Part shown: in pieces, positions 8,265-14,583 of the stretch
Position numbering within the stretch: position 1 is the first letter of the stretch
Layout of the letters: each line of letters starts with the position of its first letter
DNA from: an uncultured archaeon
GTDB lineage: Archaea > Asgardarchaeota > Heimdallarchaeia > Heimdallarchaeales > Heimdallarchaeaceae
Assembly: GCA_964549075.1 (NCBI GenBank)
Contig: CAZJUB010000049.1
Coordinates: 1 to 19,178 of the forward strand
DNA: 19,178 nt
Direction: 5' to 3'
Made by a program: the position numbers and the translations under genes
The notes under the pieces: generated by a model
What the model saw: only the letters and a program-made list of their open reading frames with translations
Told to the model about the DNA's origin: nothing
Database searches by the model: none

Positions 8265-9209
8265 ATGAGTAACAATCAATCTACTAGTAATGTCAACAGA
8301 CAAGCAGTTGATCAGATAAGTCAAGCTCAAGTCTCTTATGGTACTGACAAATTTAATTTTACTTGGTTGATAGTTGCATGTGGAGGAATGATGCTGTATT
8401 ATGCGGTTGAAATGGTCAATAGAGTGCTTTTTGTTGCATTAGAACAATCAATAATAGATGATTGGACAAATCGTGGAATATGGAGATTTTGGAGGATTGC
8501 TGATTCAGTTTTTCTTGCATTTATGTTTATTCTCATTGGTATTCAAGCTTTAAGTTGGAGAAGAAAAAATCTTGGACTTGATAGTAAGAAAAAAGCGAGA
8601 AATATATTCTTCTCTGTAATTAGTGCTGGCATATTCTTGTCACTATATGAGATACTAACCGATCTTAGATCTGAATTAGATTACAGTCATCGAGGAGATT
8701 TAACAGTTCCATTTTTATTTATGATAATTTTTCATTTCTATGGTTTTCTCTTATTAAAGAATTTAATTTCAATGATTGGAAGATATAAAGGAGTAAGAAC
8801 AGGAGAAAGTATCTTTTATACTCTATTTGCAGCTAATCCAGTTGTTCGCTATCTCTTACCTTTTCTCATACTTATCTTTGCCCAACTAGCAGGTGGTTGG
8901 GCTACAATATTCTTTGTTTATTCAGAATTAGCTATGACGTACATCTCAGCAGTTATAGCAGTCGGATTCTTTGTAATGGTTATAATTGATGCCAATAAAA
9001 TTTCAGTTGGACATCTGATGATGATGCATGATGACCAACAGCAAGATAAAAGATTACCTGAGATGCAAGGAGTTAAAATAATAGAATTACAGAATAAAAT
9101 CATAAAAGTTCCAATAAAACAAAATGTTTCAGTATTTTGCCCGAAATGTGGTCTAATTATCTATGATGATGCTAAACAATGCCCAAATTGCAAAACTAAA
9201 ATCAGCTAG
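8265..9209 (+). CDS. Polytopic (about 6 TM) membrane protein with C-terminal zinc ribbon
   Basis: About six hydrophobic segments, then FCPKCGLIIYDDAKQCPNCK at the C-terminus. TTTATAAG at 8227-8234. Confidence 0.85.
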   Translation: MSNNQSTSNVNRQAVDQISQAQVSYGTDKFNFTWLIVACGGMMLYYAVEMVNRVLFVALEQSIIDDWTNRGIWRFWRIADSVFLAFMFILIGIQALSWRRKNLGLDSKKKARNIFFSVISAGIFLSLYEILTDLRSELDYSHRGDLTVPFLFMIIFHFYGFLLLKNLISMIGRYKGVRTGESIFYTLFAANPVVRYLLPFLILIFAQLAGGWATIFFVYSELAMTYISAVIAVGFFVMVIIDANKISVGHLMMMHDDQQQDKRLPEMQGVKIIELQNKIIKVPIKQNVSVFCPKCGLIIYDDAKQCPNCKTKIS

Positions 9210-9849
9210 TTTTTTTGTTCTCTCCTCTTTTCTTAGGAAAGGATTTTATTAAGAAGTATATTACAACAGCTGAAACTATAACTCCTATAGCTATAAAAAC
9301 TACGTCAGCATATCCACCTGAATCTTCTCTTCTATCTGTGAAATAATCATCAGTATTTTGTTCTAGAGCGTTGACAACACTATGTTCAAGAAATTTATAA
9401 CTAGTTACTCCAAGAATATCTGCAGCTATTCTACCAACATCATCTAGTATAATTAAAGTCGGAGTATATTCTATCTGAAAATTCTCTTTTGTTTCTTCAG
9501 TTATATACCCATAGATCCAATAAGCTGGTAAACTATGGTCTTCAATGAAATTCAATATAGTTTGATTATTAGAATACTCAAAGTAATGTATCATAAAGAA
9601 AGTAACATTGTAATTTGCATCAATTTCTTTCAATATAGGAAGTTCTTCTATACAAGAGTGACAACTAACATAATAAAAAACAACTATCCTAACTCCAGCA
9701 AAATTATCAACATCGTTTGAATTATTTTCTAGATCTAAGAATGAAACACTTGTTCCTTCAGCTGAAGTTAAAGTTGTATTTAGATTTAAAAGAAAAACCG
9801 CAATAATTAGAAATCTAAGGGCATTCAAAATACTGTTCTTCATCATCAA
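9202..9849 (-). CDS. Exported, C-terminally anchored thioredoxin-fold (TlpA/ResA-like) thiol-disulfide oxidoreductase
   Basis: Signal peptide, VVFYYVSCHSCIEELPIL (CxxC), YTPTLIILDDVGRI (cis-Pro loop), and a C-terminal TM helix followed by a basic tail. Confidence 0.87.
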   Translation of the reverse strand: MMMKNSILNALRFLIIAVFLLNLNTTLTSAEGTSVSFLDLENNSNDVDNFAGVRIVVFYYVSCHSCIEELPILKEIDANYNVTFFMIHYFEYSNNQTILNFIEDHSLPAYWIYGYITEETKENFQIEYTPTLIILDDVGRIAADILGVTSYKFLEHSVVNALEQNTDDYFTDRREDSGGYADVVFIAIGVIVSAVVIYFLIKSFPKKRGENKKTS

Positions 9850-9863
9850 TCAACTTAGTTAAA

Positions 9864-10958
9864 TCACTCAATCGCAGAATAGTTTATTATTGTTCTGTTT
9901 TTTTCAATTTTAACATCATTACACACAACTGATTTTTCAATAGAAACAGATTCTTCGACAACAGAGTTTTCCCAAATAACACTCTGAACAATTTTCGAAT
10001 GAGGACCAATGTCCACATTATCATGTAAGACAGTATAAGGACCTATAATTGCATTTTCATCTATTTTCACATTATTTCCAAGAACTACAGGTGAGTGAAT
10101 TGTTGCTTCAGAGGAAATTGTACAATCATTTCCTTGATATATGCCTTTTGTGTTTTTTCCTGGTGGTTCAAAATTATCAACAAAACCTCTCATAATATCA
10201 TAATTTGCCCACAAATAGCTTCTAATGTTTCCACAATCTATCCAGTAATAATCATCTACAAAACCATTTAGTTTAAACTTTTCTTGGAGGAGATATGGAA
10301 AGAAATCCATGCCAAAATCATTTATATCATTTAAGCTATCAAGAATCTCTAACGATTTATGATTTAAACAATAAATCCCAGTATTTACAAGATTGTGATG
10401 AAATTCTGAAACTGGTCTATAAGCAAAAGCCATGGTTGTAAACAACATTTCTTCAGGTCTAGGTTTTTCAAGAAAGATATCGATATTTTGGTTGTTATCA
10501 AGTAAGATAACTCCAAATTTCTTGGTCGGAAAATCTATATTCTTCAAGCTAATAGTAGTATAAGCTTGAGTATTGTAGAAGAACTTTTCCAACTTGTTGA
10601 TTGACAAATCACAAATAATATCAGCCATTGAAACAATATAATCTCCATCAATCATATCAGCAACCTGTCTAACAGCATCAGCAGTTCCTAAAGGATTAAT
10701 GTTTGGAATAGAGATATCTAAATCTTGAAACTTAGGAGAAGTTTCCAGATAAGTTCTTATTTTATCTCCCAGATATTTTACAGCAACAATAATTTTTGTT
10801 ATACCTGCATCTTGAAGCTGTTTCATAGCAAAATCTATCATTGGTGTAAGTGTAATAGGTACCATCGGTTTTGGAAGATTGTTAGTTAGTGGGTAAAGTC
10901 TCGTTCCTTTGCCACCAGCTAATACAATAGCGCAGTCTACTTTAGAAATATCATTCAC
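9864..10958 (-). CDS. NDP-sugar synthase (mannose-1-phosphate guanylyltransferase / GlgC-like) with left-handed beta-helix tail
   Basis: LAGGKGTRLYPLT..PKPM, GTADAV, FLEKP, VNTGIY, DFGMDFFP, YWIDCG, plus C-terminal hexapeptide repeats. The sugar and nucleotide specificity cannot be determined. Confidence 0.9.
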   Translation of the reverse strand: MNDISKVDCAIVLAGGKGTRLYPLTNNLPKPMVPITLTPMIDFAMKQLQDAGITKIIVAVKYLGDKIRTYLETSPKFQDLDISIPNINPLGTADAVRQVADMIDGDYIVSMADIICDLSINKLEKFFYNTQAYTTISLKNIDFPTKKFGVILLDNNQNIDIFLEKPRPEEMLFTTMAFAYRPVSEFHHNLVNTGIYCLNHKSLEILDSLNDINDFGMDFFPYLLQEKFKLNGFVDDYYWIDCGNIRSYLWANYDIMRGFVDNFEPPGKNTKGIYQGNDCTISSEATIHSPVVLGNNVKIDENAIIGPYTVLHDNVDIGPHSKIVQSVIWENSVVEESVSIEKSVVCNDVKIEKNRTIINYSAIE

Positions 10959-11412
10959 CTTCTTCTTTTCGAAACTTATTTGTTAACCAACCAATCTTAG
11001 TATTTTCGATACCTTTGATATCAAATTCAGGAACAAAGGGTTTGATATCTATAAGAGGAGTTCCATTCAGAACATCTATACCTTTTACTAAGAGTTTGTT
11101 TTTTTCTACTTTTACTAATTGCACAATGGACAATCCAATTTTATTAGGTCTATTAGGATGACGAATAGCAAATATACCTTTTGGTTTATCATCTAAAAAG
11201 GGAGCAACTTTCAGATCGATAGAACTAGCTCTATCAAAATAATAGAGAAGTATTATGTGAGAAAAACCATCAAGTTCTGTTAATCCTTCCACATATTCTG
11301 GGTCAATTATAACTGTACCAAAAGCATCAGAGAAACTTGGTTGAATTGGTGATTCATCTTTATCTTCAAAAGGTGATTCAATAAATCCTATTGGACTGAT
11401 TATAAATTCCAT
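10951..11412 (-). CDS. tsaA: tRNA t6A37 N6-methyltransferase TrmO/TsaA
   Basis: PIGFIESPF, GLTELDGFSHIILLYYF, GIFAIRHPNRPNKIGLS, GIDVLNGTPLIDIKPF. Start trimmed to ATG 11412 (MEFIISPIG), with minus-strand ATATAATA 20 nt upstream. Overlaps the next gene by 8 nt. Confidence 0.93.
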   Translation of the reverse strand: MEFIISPIGFIESPFEDKDESPIQPSFSDAFGTVIIDPEYVEGLTELDGFSHIILLYYFDRASSIDLKVAPFLDDKPKGIFAIRHPNRPNKIGLSIVQLVKVEKNKLLVKGIDVLNGTPLIDIKPFVPEFDIKGIENTKIGWLTNKFRKEEGE

Positions 11413-11560
11413 CAAGCATGATAAACAGATACTATTATATCTTTTTTGTGGAAAAAGAAAGCATAACAGAAAGTTTAACAATATCATGTTAAGCGTTCCC
11501 TATATCATATTGTTTAAATAACAAAAAACGAGAAAATATATAAGAAGAGTTGGTGTTAGA

Positions 11561-12124
11561 GTGAGCCAGAGAATTTTTAAAATTTCCTTACTTGGCGAAG
11601 GAGCTGTCGGAAAGACTTCCCTTCGACGTACTTACTTGGGGGAAAGTTTCAAAGAAGGATATATGATGACAATAGGTGCAGATTTCGCCGTCAAAAAAAT
11701 GGTTTCTAAAAATACTGAATATACACTTCAGATTTGGGATCTTGCCGGTCAGCAAAGATTTTCTGCAGTTAGAGAGGTCTACTACAGAGGTACTGCAGGA
11801 GCTCTTCTAGTCTTTGATATTTCTCGTCCTGAAACTTATGCTATTTTACCTAATTGGTTACATGAATTAATTCGTAATAACAAGAACCGAATCGTCCCAA
11901 TCGTTCTTATTGGAAATAAAGCAGATCTTCGTGACACAACTCCTCATGCAGTTCCTATGGAATATGCACAAGAGTATGCTGAACAACTTAGCGAATGGTC
12001 AGGTTTCTATGTTCCTTATATGGAAACTTCTGCAAAAACTGGATTAAATGTCGAACAAGTTTTCGAGGCTTTAGTACAAAATATTTCTGCTTATTTTGAA
12101 CGTTTAACAATTGAGAATCAATAA
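11561..12124 (+). CDS. Rab-like small GTPase (Ras superfamily)
   Basis: G1 GEGAVGKTS, G2 TIGADF, G3 WDLAGQ, G4 NKAD, G5 ETSAK. No C-terminal cysteine. Confidence 0.96.
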   Translation: MSQRIFKISLLGEGAVGKTSLRRTYLGESFKEGYMMTIGADFAVKKMVSKNTEYTLQIWDLAGQQRFSAVREVYYRGTAGALLVFDISRPETYAILPNWLHELIRNNKNRIVPIVLIGNKADLRDTTPHAVPMEYAQEYAEQLSEWSGFYVPYMETSAKTGLNVEQVFEALVQNISAYFERLTIENQ

Positions 12125-12154
12125 TCACTCACCCTCTTCTTATTTTTAAGCAAA

Positions 12155-12162
12155 TTTATATA
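12155..12162 (+). promoter_or_regulatory. TATA box for the comD-comE-moaD-like cluster
   Basis: TTTATATA preceded by AAGCAAA, in the 77-nt gap between the GTPase and comD. Confidence 0.5.
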
Positions 12163-12201
12163 GTTCTTTTTTGATTCTCCACATGTTTAAGGTAGATATA
12201 A

Positions 12202-12699
12202 TTGATTGATTCAAATAAACTTATTTCTTATCTTCATGAAAGAGGATTTACTCTAGCTACAGGTGTTCCATGCTCTTATTTTAAAGAACTCTTGATTGAG
12301 CTGGAAGACAATGATTCTATCAGATACATTCCTGCTACTCGAGAGGATGAAGCTTTAGGTATCTCTTGTGGTTACTTTTTAGGGGGAAAGAAAGCTTTTG
12401 TTATCATGCAAAATTCGGGTTTAGCAGCTATAGGTGATGCGATTACTTCTTTAGCTCAACTTTATCAAATCCCTTTACTCCTCTTTGTGAGCTATAGAGG
12501 ATTGGAGCCTGATGCAGATTTTCCTGAGCATTTAGTTATGGGAGATGTTACAGAAGATGTATTAACTGCTTACCAGATTCCGTATGAGATTCTTTATGAA
12601 AACGATTGGCAAAACATTATAGCTAGAGCTGTTGAAGAAATGGATACGAATAACGAAGTTGTTTGTCTTCTTGTTGAAAAGGGGGTATTGAGTGAATGA
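12202..12699 (+). CDS. comD: Sulfopyruvate (or phosphonopyruvate) decarboxylase, alpha/PYR subunit
   Basis: GVPCSYFKELL, IPATREDEALGISCGYFLGGK, MQNSG and IPLLLFVSYRG..PEHLVMG match the ComD/Ppd N-terminal ThDP PYR domain. The family is secure, but the substrate (sulfo versus phosphono) is not. Confidence 0.8.
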   Translation: MIDSNKLISYLHERGFTLATGVPCSYFKELLIELEDNDSIRYIPATREDEALGISCGYFLGGKKAFVIMQNSGLAAIGDAITSLAQLYQIPLLLFVSYRGLEPDADFPEHLVMGDVTEDVLTAYQIPYEILYENDWQNIIARAVEEMDTNNEVVCLLVEKGVLSE

Positions 12700-13259
12700 G
12701 AGGAGAAGAGATAATTGCTGCTTTGAAAGATTTTCTTTCTGATGATTTTATAATAGTTAGTTCTAATGGTAATGTTAGTAGACAGGTTTTTCATCTTCTT
12801 CCTAAACCTCAAGTGTATCTTAGAGGAAGTATGGGATTACCAATGTCGGTAGGTTTAGGGCTAGCACTCTCCCAAGTAGATAAACAAATTCTTGTAATTA
12901 CAGGTGACGGAAATTTTCTTATGGGGCTTAGTTCTATGACAACGATTGGGAACATTCTTCCTAAAAATCTCAAGATTTTGATAATTGATAACAAAACCTA
13001 TGCTACAACAGGTGGTCAAGCGACTGTTTCTTCTTCTCTAAATTACTTGAAGTTATTAGAAGGATTAGGATTGAAGCATTTTAAGAGCCTTGATTCTACT
13101 AAAAACTTATCTAAGCTGAAGGATACTTTTACCACATTTTTTGAAACTGAAGACACTTTTGTTTTACACATTATAGCTGATGAAGATATCGAAAAACTAG
13201 ATAATATTCCTTGGCATCCAATTGAGATTAAAAATAAATTTTTGGACAGATTTGTATAA
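12696..13259 (+). CDS. comE: Sulfopyruvate (or phosphonopyruvate) decarboxylase, beta/PP subunit
   Basis: GSMGLPMSVGLGLAL, ThDP motif GDGNFLM...IIDN, YATTGGQ. ATGA overlap with the alpha gene suggests translational coupling. Confidence 0.8.
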   Translation: MRGEEIIAALKDFLSDDFIIVSSNGNVSRQVFHLLPKPQVYLRGSMGLPMSVGLGLALSQVDKQILVITGDGNFLMGLSSMTTIGNILPKNLKILIIDNKTYATTGGQATVSSSLNYLKLLEGLGLKHFKSLDSTKNLSKLKDTFTTFFETEDTFVLHIIADEDIEKLDNIPWHPIEIKNKFLDRFV

Positions 13260-13296
13260 GAGAAGCTCTTAAATGACCTTTAGAGAAGTGTGTTAC

Positions 13297-13578
13297 ATGA
13301 AAATTTCAATACAATGTTTCGGACAACTGCGAACAATCACAAAAAAAAGATATGTGGAGATTGAAGTTGAAGAAAAAACTTCTATCCTAAAAGCAATAGA
13401 ACAATTCAAGAATGAATATGGAAAGTCAGTAGAAAGATTGTTGTATAATGATGGTAAAATCAGAGAGTTCTACTTTATTCAACTTGATAATAGTAATATC
13501 GAAAACAATGAATTAGATGAAATTTTCGTTAACAATGATCAAATAATTTCTATAATTCCTTTTGTTGCTGGAGGATAA
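13297..13578 (+). CDS. MoaD/ThiS/SAMP-family ubiquitin-like sulfur carrier
   Basis: Beta-grasp pattern MKISIQCFGQLR...DQIISIIPFVAGG with a C-terminal GG. ATG 13297 is preferred over 13273 because it matches the family N-terminus. Confidence 0.92.
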   Translation: MKISIQCFGQLRTITKKRYVEIEVEEKTSILKAIEQFKNEYGKSVERLLYNDGKIREFYFIQLDNSNIENNELDEIFVNNDQIISIIPFVAGG

Positions 13579-13584
13579 ACAGAG

Positions 13585-13652
13585 ATAAAAGAAGCTAGCA
13601 CATGAGAAATAGAAGGAAGGGGATAAGCAACTTGAGAGATGCTAGCCTCCGA
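13585..13652 (-). ncRNA. Candidate small RNA: 11-bp terminal stem closing a C/U-rich loop, followed by a U-tract
   Basis: The minus strand reads GGAGGCUAGCAU-CUCUCAAGUUGCUUAUCCCCUUCCUUCUAUUUCUCAU-GUGCUAGCUUC-UUUU. Arms 13639-13649 and 13591-13601 pair fully only on the minus strand (two G-U pairs). TTTAAATG (13673-13680, minus) is 22 nt upstream. Confidence 0.5.
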
Positions 13653-13728
13653 TAATATAATAACGACTTGAGCATTTAAACTCGAAGAAAATCTTTTCCA
13701 GATAGAGGAAACCTATTTCTCATCAAAA

Positions 13729-13736
13729 TTTATAAA
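13729..13736 (+). promoter_or_regulatory. TATA box for the SCP2 / dehydrogenase-aldolase operon
   Basis: Consensus TTTATAAA preceded by CAAAA, 21 nt upstream of ATG 13758. Confidence 0.6.
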
Positions 13737-13757
13737 GTGAGAGTAATAGAATTATTC

Positions 13758-14564
13758 ATGGGAAGTCGAAAAAATACTAACTTTGTTATGCGACACATGA
13801 CTGCCAATTATCTTGCATTCTTTGTTGCTGGCTTAGTTCTTCTTGTCTCAGCAGTAGTTCTACTGCTTAACTTAAATGAATTTGAAGTAGCAGCTTCACA
13901 ATATCTGAATCTTGTCTTAATTTTCATGATAGTTTTTGTTGTATTAGGATTCGTAATGTTGATGATAGGAGTTTTTATCGCAATAAAAGCTCTTGCTTCT
14001 GCAAAGAATATCGAAATAGAAGAAGAGTATATCACACATGCTCCTCAATCTTCAGGTCTAAGGATAATCCGTCCATCATCAGCTCAACAACCAGCTGATG
14101 TTGCTCCTAAGAAAGAAACAAAGGTGCAAAATACATCAGAAGTGGTAGAAAAAGCTCCAAAGAAGGTTGAAGTTGAAAAAAAACCTGTGAAAGTAGCAAA
14201 ATCTCCAGCTAAAGCAGAGAAAGAGATACCAACTGATTTCACTTATGAGGATGGCCTTCAAAGTACAGTTGACAGATACAATACTGATAAAGTCAAGAAA
14301 GCTTTCAAAGGATGGTACAATACTATGATGATCACTTTTCCCGATATATCCAAATCAGCTTTGTTTAAGATTAACGGTGATGAAGGTCTAGAATTTTCCG
14401 AAGGAGTTGATGAAGAAGCAGCTGTTCAAGTTAAAATGGATTCGACTATCTTTGTAAAAATGATGACCAAACAAATTAATCCTATCAAAGCTTATTCTAG
14501 TGGAAGTTTAGAAGTTAAAGGTGAAATGAAAAACATGCTCAAACTAAGAAAACTGATGTTTTAA
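13758..14564 (+). CDS. Membrane-anchored SCP2 (sterol carrier protein-2-like lipid-binding) domain protein
   Basis: Two N-terminal TM helices, a K/E/P/A/V-rich linker, and C-terminal AVQVKMDSTIFVKMMTKQINPIKAYSSGSLEVKGEMKNMLKL, which matches the SCP2 signature (D..F..M..G.LNP..A...G.LKV.G). Start moved from GTG 13737, which abuts the TATA box, to ATG 13758. Confidence 0.85.
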   Translation: MGSRKNTNFVMRHMTANYLAFFVAGLVLLVSAVVLLLNLNEFEVAASQYLNLVLIFMIVFVVLGFVMLMIGVFIAIKALASAKNIEIEEEYITHAPQSSGLRIIRPSSAQQPADVAPKKETKVQNTSEVVEKAPKKVEVEKKPVKVAKSPAKAEKEIPTDFTYEDGLQSTVDRYNTDKVKKAFKGWYNTMMITFPDISKSALFKINGDEGLEFSEGVDEEAAVQVKMDSTIFVKMMTKQINPIKAYSSGSLEVKGEMKNMLKLRKLMF

Positions 14565-14583
14565 ACAAACAGAGTGAAAGAAA

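Noticed and set aside
8918-9720. ORFs 8918..9103 (-) and 9535..9720 (+)
   Set aside because: Short antisense shadows of well-supported genes.
12183-12209. Eight-codon upstream ORF (MFKVDIID) overlapping the comD start
   Set aside because: Too short to distinguish from chance in AT-rich DNA, with no supporting signal.
12594-12994. Minus-strand ORFs 12594..12812 and 12809..12994
   Set aside because: Antisense to comD/comE with no recognisable features.
9864-13259. Phosphonate biosynthetic cluster (nucleotidyltransferase plus Ppd)
   Set aside because: No PEP mutase or aminoethylphosphonate transaminase is in the window, and the nucleotidyltransferase is a long LbH-containing sugar-phosphate type in a separate divergent operon.
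13297-13578. Eukaryote-like ubiquitin system
   Set aside because: The sequence is MoaD/SAMP-type, and no E1, E2, RING E3 or JAB gene is in the window.
13591-13649. Stem-loop as a SECIS element, C/D-box RNA or tRNA
   Set aside because: AUGA is present on the plus strand, but the purine-rich interior cannot form SECIS helix II and no nearby gene has an in-frame TGA. There is no RUGAUGA/CUGA box pair and no cloverleaf or T-loop motif.
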